Positions 49,042 through 58,690 of a stretch of 64,000 nucleotides of DNA are shown piece after piece. How positions within the stretch are numbered: the stretch's first letter is position 1; the number at the start of each line of letters is the position of its first letter. The translations under genes and the position numbers were made by a program. Under the pieces are notes generated by a model that was not told where the DNA came from, searched no databases, and saw only the letters and a list, made by a program, of their open reading frames with translations. Source of the stretch: Pseudomonadota bacterium. GTDB lineage: Bacteria > Pseudomonadota > Alphaproteobacteria > Sphingomonadales > CAKZYD01. The DNA lies in the NCBI GenBank assembly GCA_039814715.1, contig JBCCAR010000016.1:12030-76029 (forward strand), in the 5' to 3' direction.

Positions 49042-49969
49042 GCCACAGGCCTTATCAGCCGACACGGGCTGGATCGACCGGTTCTGCGATATGCTCGAAG
49101 GCGAGCGCGGCGCATCGCACAACACCGTGAGCGCCTATACTTCCGACCTGCTACAAATGTCGGATTGGCTTGGCGGCAGGCTCGTTGATGCAGATGGGCC
49201 AGCGATTGAAGCGTGTATGGCAAAGCTGGCGAGTGCTGGCCTTGCGCCAAGTACCCGGGCACGCAAACTTTCTGCTGTGCGTCAGTTTCACCGGTTTTTG
49301 GCCAGTGAAGGCGTGCGCGAAGACTTCGCCGCCGCGCGCATTAAAGCGCCGCGCCTTGGCCGCCCGCTTCCTAAAACACTCTCGCCGAGCGATGTGGACG
49401 CCTTGTTTGCCGCATTAGAGGCGCAGGTCGAAGCAGAAAAATCAGGTGCCATGCGATTGAAAACCTTGGTCGAGTTGCTCTATGGCACCGGCCTACGCGT
49501 GAGTGAACTTGTGAGTTTAAAACAAAGCGCGCTTCGCGGCGATCCCTTGCTGCTGCATATCAAGGGCAAGGGCGGGCGCGAACGGATGGTGCCTGTCGGC
49601 AGCGCAGCGCAGCGCGCAGTGCTTGCCTATCTAGAACACGCCGCCGATGCGCTTGAGCGCAGTGAGTATCTTTTCCCATCGCGTGGGCGCGCAGGCCACC
49701 TCAGCCGGGTGAGTGTTTTCTTGCAGCTTAAAGCACTAGCCACTGCGGCGGGACTGCGTGAAGAGCTCGTCTCGCCTCATGTCCTGCGCCATGCCTTTGC
49801 AACGCACCTACTAGAAAATGGCGCAGATTTGCGTACACTGCAGGACCTGCTCGGCCATGCAGACTTGGCCACAACGCAAATTTATACCCATGTTACCACC
49901 CAGCGATTGGCTGAAGTCATGAACACCCATCATCCACTGGCGAAAAAAAGGCTTAATAAGCAAGCCTAG
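49031..49969 (+). CDS. xerD: Site-specific tyrosine recombinase XerD
   Basis: 'GLRVSEL', 'HVLRHAFATHLL' and 'LLGHADLATTQIYTHV' (R-H-R-Y catalytic set) are present. Confidence 0.85.
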   Translation: MAPKPQALSADTGWIDRFCDMLEGERGASHNTVSAYTSDLLQMSDWLGGRLVDADGPAIEACMAKLASAGLAPSTRARKLSAVRQFHRFLASEGVREDFAAARIKAPRLGRPLPKTLSPSDVDALFAALEAQVEAEKSGAMRLKTLVELLYGTGLRVSELVSLKQSALRGDPLLLHIKGKGGRERMVPVGSAAQRAVLAYLEHAADALERSEYLFPSRGRAGHLSRVSVFLQLKALATAAGLREELVSPHVLRHAFATHLLENGADLRTLQDLLGHADLATTQIYTHVTTQRLAEVMNTHHPLAKKRLNKQA

Positions 49970-50011
49970 GGATTGTATGACCTGCCCAGGTGACATGGGA
50001 CGGATGACCGC

Positions 50012-50962
50012 GTGCAGACATTTCTCGAATTTGAAAAGCCAATTGCTGAACTTGAAGATAAGATTTCAGAGCTGCGCGCTTTGTCTGGTAGTCAGTCAGA
50101 CGTCAATCTCGACGATGAAATTGCAACGCTGTCTGACAAAGTCGAACGCACCCTCACAGAGCTCTACAGCAACTTATCGGCTTGGCAGAAGGCGCAGGTT
50201 GCGCGCCATGCAGGCCGGCCGCATTTTTCAGATTATATGACGCGGCTTATGACTGATTTTACGCCCTTAGCCGGCGATCGCAATTTTGCTGATGATGAAG
50301 CTATCATGGGCGGCCTTGCGCGCTTTCGCGGTCAATCCGTGGTCGTTATGGGCCATGAAAAAGGCAAAGATACAAAGTCGCGTTTGCACCATAATTTTGG
50401 AATGGCACGGCCAGAAGGCTACCGCAAAGCCGTACGTTTAATGGATTTGGCGGACCGGTATGATATCCCCGTCGTCAGCTTTGTGGATACATCGGGCGCA
50501 TATCCAGGCGTTGGCGCAGAAGAGCGCGGCCAGGCCGAAGCCATTGCCCGCTCCACAGCCAAGTGTTTGGACATGAAAGTCCCAATGGTGACTGCAATTG
50601 TGGGCGAGGGTGGTTCCGGCGGCGCAGTCGCCATCGCTGTTGGAAACCGTGTCATTATGCTGGAACACAGCATCTATTCTGTCATCTCGCCAGAAGGCTG
50701 CGCGTCCATTTTGTGGCGCTCTGCTGAAAAAGCCTCTGAAGCAGCAAAACAACTGCGCTTTACAGCGCAAGATCTACTGTCTTTCGGCATCATCGATACA
50801 GTCATCTCAGAACCCATCGGCGGCGCACACCGCGATCCAGCTGGCGTTATTGATGCGCTTGGAAACGCGATTGATGGCTATCTTTATGACATGGCGGAGG
50901 TCCCTGCCGATACCCTGCGTGAAGAACGCGAAGAAAAGTTCCTCGCCATGGGCCAGCTTTAA
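50012..50962 (+). CDS. accA: Acetyl-CoA carboxylase carboxyltransferase alpha subunit
   Basis: The GTG start gives [18 protein letters not shown]. '[21 protein letters not shown]' is present. Confidence 0.9.
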   Translation: MQTFLEFEKPIAELEDKISELRALSGSQSDVNLDDEIATLSDKVERTLTELYSNLSAWQKAQVARHAGRPHFSDYMTRLMTDFTPLAGDRNFADDEAIMGGLARFRGQSVVVMGHEKGKDTKSRLHHNFGMARPEGYRKAVRLMDLADRYDIPVVSFVDTSGAYPGVGAEERGQAEAIARSTAKCLDMKVPMVTAIVGEGGSGGAVAIAVGNRVIMLEHSIYSVISPEGCASILWRSAEKASEAAKQLRFTAQDLLSFGIIDTVISEPIGGAHRDPAGVIDALGNAIDGYLYDMAEVPADTLREEREEKFLAMGQL

Positions 50963-51054
50963 GACCGCGCGAGCGCCAGCATCACTAGAAACGACGCTCA
51001 TGGGGCGGCCAGGGGATGGCGGAAGCGCTGATCGCAATACAATTATCGCTGCTT

Positions 51055-53730
51055 TTAAAGCGACCCGTGGCAATGTTTGTATTTCTTCCCAGAGCCGCAA
51101 GGGCAAGGCGCATTGCGGCTGACTTTACCATAGGCATCGCCGCCCTGGATGGGGGCGGGGCCCGCGTCTTCCATTTCATTCTCGCCTGTTACGGGGTCCA
51201 TGTGCTCAATGGTGATGCCGGTTGGCGCTTCTGGTAGCGGCGGGGCTTCTTCCATTTGCATGTTAATGCGGGCGAGCGCTTTGGTCACCTGTTGACGTGT
51301 TGTGACCAGCAGGCCTTCAAACATGCCAAAGGCTTCAGATTTATACTCGTTGAGCGGGTTGCGCTGGGCATAGGCGCGCAGGCCGATGACGCTGCGCAGC
51401 GAGTCTAGCGTCGCCAGATGTTCTTTCCAATGATGGTCTATGGTATTGAGCAGCAAGCTTTTTTCTACCTGGCGCCAAACATCAGGACCGGCCGCCGCCA
51501 CGCGCTTGGCAAGATGTGTGTCCGCTTGGGTGTGGAGTTCTTCGCTCAATTCTTGCGGGTCAATCCCATCGCGCGCCACCAGCTCATCCACATTGAATGT
51601 CGTGCCAAAGACGTCTTCCAGGTTTTCTTTTAGGCCGTCCACATCCCACTGTTCAACGAACGCTTTGGCAGGCAAATGCGCGCTAACGATATCGTCAACG
51701 GTTTCTGCGCGCATATCAGCGACCGTTTCGGCCACGTCATCGGCGTCCATGATTTCCTTGCGCTGCTCATAGATGACTTTGCGCTGTTCATTCATGACGT
51801 CATCATATTGCAGCAGGTTTTTGCGGATGTCGTAGTTGCGCGCTTCGACCTTTTGCTGGGCTTTTTCAATCGCCTTGGTCAGCCATGGGTGGGTGATGGC
51901 TTCCCCTTCTTCCAGGCCGAGTTTCACAAGGATAGAATCCATACGCGTCTGCGGGCCAAAAATACGCAGCAAATCGTCTTCTAAGCTGAGATAGAAGCGT
52001 GAGCGGCCCGGATCACCTTGCCGGCCAGAGCGTCCGCGCAGCTGATTGTCAATACGCCGGCTTTCATGGCGCTCGGTGGCAATCACATAAAGCCCGCCAG
52101 CGTCTTTGACTTTGGTTTTATCATCTTCAATTTCCGCCAGAATTTTATCGGCAATTGCGTCGCGTTCTTCGGGCGGTGTGTCTGGACTAATCTCACGCGA
52201 TAGCCGCATTTCTAAGTTGCCGCCGAGCTGAATATCCGTGCCGCGGCCAGCCATATTCGTAGCGATGGTGACCGCGCCAGAGCGGCCAGCGTCTGCAATA
52301 ATATAGGCTTCTTGTTCATGGTAGCGCGCATTGAGCACTTCATGCTGCACGTTCGCTTTTTTGAGGAGCTCAGAGATATATTCAGACTTCTCAATCGAGG
52401 CCGTGCCCACCAGCACCGGCTGTCCGCGCTCTCGTGCATCTTTAATTTCATCGATCAGCGCGACGTATTTCTCTTTCATCGTACGGTAGAATTGGTCGTC
52501 TTCGTCTTTGCGCTCGACATCGCGGTGCGTGGGAATTTCAACCACATTGAGCTGGTAGATGTCGAAGAACTCTTGTGCTTCTGTCGCCGCCGTCCCGGTC
52601 ATCCCGGCGAGTTTGGGGTACATGCGGAAATAATTTTGGAATGTGATTGACGCCAGCGTTTGGTTTTCTGGCTGGATCTCCACTTTTTCTTTTGATTCCA
52701 GCGCCTGGTGCAAGCCATCGGAATAGCGCCGCCCCTCCATCATCCGGCCTGTGAATTCATCAATGATGATCACTTTGCCATCGCGGACGATATAGTCTTT
52801 ATCTTTTACGAACATTTGCTGCGCGCGCAGGGCATTGTTCACATGGTGGACGATAGGCGCGTTTTCAAAATCGTATAGATTGCCAGATTGCAGCAGGCCT
52901 TCTTTGGTCAGGATATCTTCAATTTTTTCCTGGCCTTCTTCCGTGAGCAGGATGGAGCGCGCTTTTTCATCCTTCTCATAGTCTTCGTCGCTCAGCTGGC
53001 TCACATAGCCGTCAACGGTGACATAGAGTTCTGACTTATCTTCTGTAGGGCCAGAAATGATGAGAGGCGTCCGCGCTTCATCGATTAAGATGGAGTCCAC
53101 CTCATCTACGATTGCAAAGTTAAACGGCCGTTGGACCATGTCTTCCAGCCGGAACTTCATGTTATCGCGCAGATAATCAAAGCCTAGCTCGTTGTTGGTC
53201 GCGTAGGTCACATCCGCGCGGTAGGCTTGCCGGCGTTCCTCGTCCGAGCGGCCGGGGATAATGTAATCGGTGGTGAGGCCCAGATATCCGTATACCTGGC
53301 CCATCCATTCTGCGTCGCGTTTGGCCAGATAGTCATTGACGGTGACCACATGGACCCCTTTGCCCGCAAGCGCATTCAGGTAGACGGCAAGCGTGGCGAC
53401 CAGGGTTTTCCCCTCGCCCGTGCGCATTTCCGCAATTTCGCCGCGATGAAGCACAATGCCGCCCACCAGCTGCACATCATAATGGCGCTGGCCTAAGGTG
53501 CGTTTTGCTGCTTCGCGTACGGTTGCAAACGCATGAGGGAGCAGATCATTTAGGCTCTCCCCATCATCATGGCGTTTGCGCAGCCAAGGCGTGCGCGCTT
53601 TGAGGTCCTCATCGCTCAGCGCAGAGACTTCTTCTTCCAGGGCATTGATCGCTTTCACGATTTTGCCCAATGAGCGAACATAGCGGTCGTTAGATGACCC
53701 GAAAATGCGTTTGCCGATGGAGGCGAGCAT
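51055..53730 (-). CDS. secA: Preprotein translocase ATPase SecA
   Basis: 891 aa. 'MRTGEGKTL' is present, along with the C-terminal zinc motif '[14 protein letters not shown]'. Confidence 0.95.
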   Translation of the reverse strand: MLASIGKRIFGSSNDRYVRSLGKIVKAINALEEEVSALSDEDLKARTPWLRKRHDDGESLNDLLPHAFATVREAAKRTLGQRHYDVQLVGGIVLHRGEIAEMRTGEGKTLVATLAVYLNALAGKGVHVVTVNDYLAKRDAEWMGQVYGYLGLTTDYIIPGRSDEERRQAYRADVTYATNNELGFDYLRDNMKFRLEDMVQRPFNFAIVDEVDSILIDEARTPLIISGPTEDKSELYVTVDGYVSQLSDEDYEKDEKARSILLTEEGQEKIEDILTKEGLLQSGNLYDFENAPIVHHVNNALRAQQMFVKDKDYIVRDGKVIIIDEFTGRMMEGRRYSDGLHQALESKEKVEIQPENQTLASITFQNYFRMYPKLAGMTGTAATEAQEFFDIYQLNVVEIPTHRDVERKDEDDQFYRTMKEKYVALIDEIKDARERGQPVLVGTASIEKSEYISELLKKANVQHEVLNARYHEQEAYIIADAGRSGAVTIATNMAGRGTDIQLGGNLEMRLSREISPDTPPEERDAIADKILAEIEDDKTKVKDAGGLYVIATERHESRRIDNQLRGRSGRQGDPGRSRFYLSLEDDLLRIFGPQTRMDSILVKLGLEEGEAITHPWLTKAIEKAQQKVEARNYDIRKNLLQYDDVMNEQRKVIYEQRKEIMDADDVAETVADMRAETVDDIVSAHLPAKAFVEQWDVDGLKENLEDVFGTTFNVDELVARDGIDPQELSEELHTQADTHLAKRVAAAGPDVWRQVEKSLLLNTIDHHWKEHLATLDSLRSVIGLRAYAQRNPLNEYKSEAFGMFEGLLVTTRQQVTKALARINMQMEEAPPLPEAPTGITIEHMDPVTGENEMEDAGPAPIQGGDAYGKVSRNAPCPCGSGKKYKHCHGSL

Positions 53731-53872
53731 GAAAAGCTTTCTTGTAAATATTTAGACTAGTCTGTGCGCTCAATGGGGCTTTGCAGACATAGGAACCGGC
53801 CCTATAGCTGTCAACATCAGCCTCATGGAGCGACGTGATGGCCGGTTCTACCTCAAGAAAAGTGGAAAGTGT

Positions 53873-55087
53873 GTGAAAAAACTAACCATTTCCCCGCTTG
53901 CCCCTGCAAGCTTTCCCGATATTACGTCAGTTGCCGGCGTCTCCTTGCGTACCGGCCGGGCTGGATATGCTTATGAGGGGCGTGATGATGTGCTGTTTGT
54001 GCAGTTGCCTGCTGGCACTGTAGCCGCTGGCGCACTCACCCAATCAGCCACCCGCTCACCAGAGGTTGATTGGTGCAGGGCAGCTCTCTCAAGCAGCCAA
54101 GAGGCGCGCGCCCTGTGGGTGAACGCTGGCAACTCCAACGCCTTTACCGGTAGCCGCGGCAAAGCGGCGACCGACGGCATCAAGTCCTTGCTGAAAGAAG
54201 GGATCGGCTGCGCTGAAGAAGCGATTTATTTGGCCTCGACGGGCGTAATCGGTGAACCCTTGCCCATTGATAAAGCCCACAGCGCAGTCAAAGCGCTGCT
54301 TACTGATACTGCTCCGGCGGATTGGCACGCTGCCGCGAGTGCGATCATGACAACGGATACATTTGCGAAAGCGGCGGTGCGCACGGTCAAAGGCTCTGGC
54401 CCCGCCGTGACCATCGCAGGCATTGCCAAAGGCAGCGGCATGATCGCGCCTGATATGGCAACCATGTTGTCTTTCATCTTTACAGATGCAGTGATTACAA
54501 AAGCTGAGCTGCAAGCTGCGCTCAGCGCTGCGGTGGGCACCAGTTTCAACGCCATCACGGTCGATAGTGATACGTCGACCTCTGATACCGTTCTCGCCTT
54601 TGCCACGCAGCAAGGCTCGTCTCCTGATGGCCATGCCTTTGCCGCGGCGCTGGCAGAGCTGTGCCAGGATTTGGCATTACAGATCGTGCGTGATGGTGAA
54701 GGCGCGCAAAAACTCATTGAAGTTGCTGTCACGGGGGCTGTGAGTGACGCCTCTGCCAAGCGCATAGCGCTGTCCATTGCCAATTCGCCGCTCGTCAAAA
54801 CAGCGATCGCTGGCGAGGACGCCAATTGGGGCCGCGTGGTCATGGCTGTCGGCAAAGCTGGTGAACCCGCTGATAGGGACCGCTTGTCCGTTTTCTTTGG
54901 TGGAACCGCTGTTGCACGGGACGGTATGCGGGTTGAAGACTATGATGAAGGGCCGGTTGCAGCGCATTTAGAAAGTACGAGAGTAACGCTGGTCGTTGAT
55001 GTAGGCCTGGGCGATGGGTCAGCGACGGTTTGGACCTGTGATTTGACCCATGGCTACATCAGCATCAACGCGGACTATCGCAGTTAG
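53873..55087 (+). CDS. argJ: Bifunctional glutamate N-acetyltransferase / amino-acid acetyltransferase
   Basis: The autoprocessing region 'PDMATMLSFIFTDA' is present. I propose a GTG start at 53873 (MKKLTISPLAP...); the ORF-track ATG at 53825 is an alternative. Confidence 0.85.
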   Translation: MKKLTISPLAPASFPDITSVAGVSLRTGRAGYAYEGRDDVLFVQLPAGTVAAGALTQSATRSPEVDWCRAALSSSQEARALWVNAGNSNAFTGSRGKAATDGIKSLLKEGIGCAEEAIYLASTGVIGEPLPIDKAHSAVKALLTDTAPADWHAAASAIMTTDTFAKAAVRTVKGSGPAVTIAGIAKGSGMIAPDMATMLSFIFTDAVITKAELQAALSAAVGTSFNAITVDSDTSTSDTVLAFATQQGSSPDGHAFAAALAELCQDLALQIVRDGEGAQKLIEVAVTGAVSDASAKRIALSIANSPLVKTAIAGEDANWGRVVMAVGKAGEPADRDRLSVFFGGTAVARDGMRVEDYDEGPVAAHLESTRVTLVVDVGLGDGSATVWTCDLTHGYISINADYRS

Positions 55088-55094
55088 GAAGCAA

Positions 55095-55136
55095 GAAAAA
55101 AGGATGTGCGCCAAGGTAGGCGCACACCCCTTTTTT
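55095..55136. terminator. Bidirectional rho-independent terminator between argJ and the flp pilin gene
   Basis: tgtgcgcc / ggcgcaca 8-bp stem (55105-55112 / 55119-55126), flanked by an A-run upstream and TTTTTT downstream. Confidence 0.7.
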
Positions 55137-55160
55137 AGACGTCAAATAACGTATGGAACG

Positions 55161-55364
55161 TTATTGTTGGTTCGCACCGTCATCTGAGTTGGAGTTACCC
55201 GCACTAATGGCAGCTGACGTCGTTGCAAATGAGTTACGAAGCTCGCCGCCCATGGCGCCCATGGCGCCGATGGCTGCGATCGAAACCAGAGCAGCGATTA
55301 GACCATATTCAATGGCAGTCGCGCCCTTCTCGTCTTTGCGAAGTTTATTAAAGAACTTGAACAT
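55161..55364 (-). CDS. flp: Flp/Fap-family type IVb (Tad) pilin
   Basis: 67 aa. 'EKGATAIEYGLIAALVSIAAI' is the canonical Flp motif (G/xTAIEYGLI). Confidence 0.85.
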   Translation of the reverse strand: MFKFFNKLRKDEKGATAIEYGLIAALVSIAAIGAMGAMGGELRNSFATTSAAISAGNSNSDDGANQQ

Positions 55365-55517
55365 TTTAATCTCCTACTTCCAAGCTTGGTACTGGTACTC
55401 ATAGGAAAGCTTTTTGCCCACCTACACGATCAAATTACGCTCGCAGGCTAAACAATTCGTAAATGGAAGAGTTCAAATTATGAAAATATCAATATCAATA
55501 CTTGAGATTATTTATAG

Positions 55518-55532
55518 TTAATCTGTATTTAC
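55518..55532. promoter_or_regulatory. CtrA-box-like motif TTAA-N7-TTAC upstream of flp
   Basis: ttaatctgtatttac lies in the AT-rich 55365-55647 spacer, about 155 nt upstream of the flp ATG. A weaker TAAA-N7-TAAA is at 55449-55463. Confidence 0.25.
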
Positions 55533-55647
55533 TTTAAAAACCGAGTATTTCTGTGCTTCACGGAGCTGTGAAGTAATGTGTCTGGTACTTTAGGGGGGTA
55601 CGCGTTAGACGCTAGGCGGCCCTGTTATTTTGAAGCGAGATTACCTG

Positions 55648-56217
55648 ATGCGTGCTTTCTCCTGTGTTAATGCCTTTGTTTTTGGTTTTTTTGTCCTGCT
55701 GACGGCGTCAGCCCAGGCGGGGGATGGCCCGCTTGTCCGCGGACCTGCTATCGGCAGTGTTGCCGCCTTTGCGGTTCCGATGGTCAGCAGTGAAGACGCG
55801 CAAGTGACGCTCAAACAGCTTCAAGGGCCAAAGGGAACGGCGTTGTTTTTCAATCGCTCGCTTAATTGGTGCCCATATTGCAAAAATCAAACGCAAGACT
55901 TGATCGACAAGGCTGCACTGCTGAAGGACGCCGGCTACGGCATTGCCGTCATCACCTATGATACGCCGCTGCTGCTTGCGGATTATGCGAAAAAGACGTC
56001 GCCGGGGTTTCCGCTATTATCTGACCCTGAGTCCAAGACCATCATTGCCTGGGGGCTCCTTAACGAAAAATATGAGCCAGGCAGCTTTGCATACGGCATT
56101 CCCCACCCGATGATTGTGGTCGTCGATACTGACAACCGTGTGACAGCCAAGTTTGCAGAAGAAGGCTATAAAGAGCGGCCCGTGCTTGAAGAGGTCGTTG
56201 CGGCTCTGACCAATTAG
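55648..56217 (+). CDS. Secreted thioredoxin-fold redoxin/peroxiredoxin-family protein
   Basis: It has a signal peptide (MRAFSCVNAFVFGFFVLLTASAQA) and a 'WCPYC' redox motif. I prefer ATG 55648 over the TTG at 55630. Confidence 0.65.
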   Translation: MRAFSCVNAFVFGFFVLLTASAQAGDGPLVRGPAIGSVAAFAVPMVSSEDAQVTLKQLQGPKGTALFFNRSLNWCPYCKNQTQDLIDKAALLKDAGYGIAVITYDTPLLLADYAKKTSPGFPLLSDPESKTIIAWGLLNEKYEPGSFAYGIPHPMIVVVDTDNRVTAKFAEEGYKERPVLEEVVAALTN

Positions 56218-57365
56218 GGGCGATTTTCCAGCTTAAACGGCGTAAACTGCGTGAGCGCTTCGATGTTCTGCGCAACAGCGGCGCGCTCGCGCACCAGGTA
56301 GTTCTCGACCGCTGACTGAAACCCTGGGTCTGACAGCCAATGGGCGGAATAGGTTTGGGTGGGGACATAGCCCCGCGCGAGCTTGTGCTCGCCTTGCGCG
56401 CCAGCCTCAACCGTTTTCATGCCCGCGGCGATGGCATAATCAATCGCTTGATAATAGCAGAGCTCAAAATGCAGGCATGGGTGGTGCTCAATTGCGCCCC
56501 AATAGCGGCCAAACAGCGTTGTTTCGCCAATCAAGTTGAGTGCTCCAGCGACATAACGGCCCGCATTGCTGGCTAAAATCAGCAGAACGCGGTCGCCGAG
56601 ATACTGGCTCAGGAGGGAAAAGAATGCTCGGTTCAAGTAGGGCTGACCCCATTTGCGCATGCCGGTATCTTCATAAAATTGATAATACGCGTCCCAATGG
56701 GCTTCTGTAATGTCTTCTCCGGTAAGGTGTTCAACCTTTAGGCCTGCAGACAAGGCTTGTTTGCGCTCCTTGCGAATGTTCTTGCGTTTGCGCGATGAAA
56801 GGGCCGCAAGAAAATCATCAAAATCGCTGTACCCGTCGTTCTTCCAGTGGAACTGTTGATCTGTGCGAATGGCAAATCCGGCGCGTTCGCAGGCTTGTTT
56901 GTCGGCGTCTTCTAAAAATGTCAGATGGAGGCCCGAGATGTCTTTCTGCCGCACAAAGGCTTGGGCCGCTTGCAGTAATGCGCTCTTATGAGCAGGCGTG
57001 CGCGCTAGCAAACGCGGGCCTGTGGCGGGCGTGAAGGGGACGCTTGCTTGCAGCTTTGGATAATAGTCCCCGCCAGCACGGTGATAGGCGTCAGCCCAGC
57101 TGTAATCAAAGACATACTCGCCTTGCGAATGCGTTTTCATATAGCAGGGCATGATGGCATCCGGAGTGCCGGATTGGCTGCGAATAACAATGTGGCAGGC
57201 CATCCAGCCCGTCTCAGCGCATGCTGATCGCGAGTCTTCTAGCGCGCCGAAAAAGCCATGCTGCGTAAAGGGATTATCACTGCCAGCAAGCGCATTCCAG
57301 TCATCCGCATCAATTTCGCGCGCGCTGGGGACGACTTCGGCAACAATGGAAGGTGTTTCGCTCAT
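56214..57365 (-). CDS. DUF482/FemAB-like GNAT-fold acyltransferase family protein
   Basis: 383 aa. 'NPFTQHGFFGALEDS' and 'FELCYYQAIDYAI' are typical of the DUF482 family. Confidence 0.55.
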   Translation of the reverse strand: MSETPSIVAEVVPSAREIDADDWNALAGSDNPFTQHGFFGALEDSRSACAETGWMACHIVIRSQSGTPDAIMPCYMKTHSQGEYVFDYSWADAYHRAGGDYYPKLQASVPFTPATGPRLLARTPAHKSALLQAAQAFVRQKDISGLHLTFLEDADKQACERAGFAIRTDQQFHWKNDGYSDFDDFLAALSSRKRKNIRKERKQALSAGLKVEHLTGEDITEAHWDAYYQFYEDTGMRKWGQPYLNRAFFSLLSQYLGDRVLLILASNAGRYVAGALNLIGETTLFGRYWGAIEHHPCLHFELCYYQAIDYAIAAGMKTVEAGAQGEHKLARGYVPTQTYSAHWLSDPGFQSAVENYLVRERAAVAQNIEALTQFTPFKLENRP

Positions 57366-57409
57366 GACGCGATAGTTATACTTTAGCCGCGCGTGTCAAT
57401 GCGCTGCGG

Positions 57410-58147
57410 CTAATTGGCCTCTAATTCAAAAATGAGGTTGTCTACATTCTCGCGCGCCAAATCCGTCTCTGCTTTTGATCGGACAGTCCAGCTTAGCGTT
57501 CGAATGCCCTTTTTGCGCTGCCCATCGATGAAGCTATTGGGCAAGCAGCGCAGATCATGGGCGACGAACTGCGCTTTGGCTTTGCGCATATTGAGCGCGT
57601 GGCCAAAGTTGCCCCGCCCGAGCAAGCCATAGCGCGGGCCATCATCTGTTGTGACCAAGCCGCGGACGATTTTTGGAGCCGTTTTAGCAAACCAAGCAGG
57701 AATGTCCGGGTTGAAGCTCATGACACCGATCGGCCCGCCATATCCCTCTAGCGCGCGGCGCACGGCAATGCAGAGCCTGAAATTCTGGTCGCTGCAGTCC
57801 TTCATTTCCACCAATATCGGCGCGCGTCCGCGCACCACGGCCAATACCTGTGTCAGCGTTGAAATCGAATCATTGTGCTGTCCGAGCAGCGCTATGTTTG
57901 ACAAGGCATGGGCCGTTTTGCTTGCAACCGGGCCGCTCTCAGCCGTCAGCCGGTCTAGCGCTTCATCGTGGAACACAACAGCCTGGCCATCCGCGCTGAG
58001 CCGCACATCCAGCTCGATGCCGATATTCTGCTTGATCGCGCCGCGGAAGGCAGTCAGCGAGTTTTCCGCGATGCCTTTTCCAGCATGATGTAACCCACGA
58101 TGCGCAAAGGGTTTGGACGTCAGCCAGTCTAAGCTATTCTTCGTCAT
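57410..58147 (-). CDS. Glycerophosphodiester phosphodiesterase family protein
   Basis: The catalytic pattern 'FAHRGLH...ENSLTAF...GIELDVRLSADGQAVVFHD' is present. Confidence 0.75.
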   Translation of the reverse strand: MTKNSLDWLTSKPFAHRGLHHAGKGIAENSLTAFRGAIKQNIGIELDVRLSADGQAVVFHDEALDRLTAESGPVASKTAHALSNIALLGQHNDSISTLTQVLAVVRGRAPILVEMKDCSDQNFRLCIAVRRALEGYGGPIGVMSFNPDIPAWFAKTAPKIVRGLVTTDDGPRYGLLGRGNFGHALNMRKAKAQFVAHDLRCLPNSFIDGQRKKGIRTLSWTVRSKAETDLARENVDNLIFELEAN

Positions 58148-58620
58148 GCTTTGCTTGGTTTGAGCGCCACGACAGCATCGATTTCAACGCAGGTGTTGAG
58201 CGGTAAGACATTGGTCCCAACAGCAAAACGTGCATGTCGGCCAGCTTCGCCAAAGGCGAGCACCATCAGGTCACTCGCGCCGTTCACCACTTGCGGGTGC
58301 GCTGTAAAATCAGGCGCGCTGGCAACAAATGCGCCAAGCTTTAGGACCTGTTTGACCCGGCTAAGATCGCCGCCGCATGCCGCTTTAACTTGCGCTATGA
58401 TGTTCAGGGCGCAGGCCTGTGCGGCTTTTGTTGCCGTTTCAATGTCAACTGATTCGCCTACACGGCCCGTGGCCACCAGGCTCCCATCAATCAGAGGTAA
58501 CTGGCCAGAGACATAAACTGTGTCGCCCTCCAGCACATAGGGCACATAATTGGCCGCTGGCGCCGCCGCAGGGGGCAGAGCAAGCCCTGCGCTTTTAAGC
58601 GCTTGTTCAGTTGCGTTCAT
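58144..58620 (-). CDS. RidA/YjgF-family protein
   Basis: 158 aa with YjgF-like C-terminal 'RFAVGTNVLPLNTCVEID'. It overlaps the GDPD gene start by 4 nt. Confidence 0.65.
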   Translation of the reverse strand: MNATEQALKSAGLALPPAAAPAANYVPYVLEGDTVYVSGQLPLIDGSLVATGRVGESVDIETATKAAQACALNIIAQVKAACGGDLSRVKQVLKLGAFVASAPDFTAHPQVVNGASDLMVLAFGEAGRHARFAVGTNVLPLNTCVEIDAVVALKPSKA

Positions 58621-58690
58621 TCAATCCCCCTCCCAGTCGCCTGCCAGCATGCGCGCATAACAATCAGATTTTGTCCCATCTGGAAAGGGC

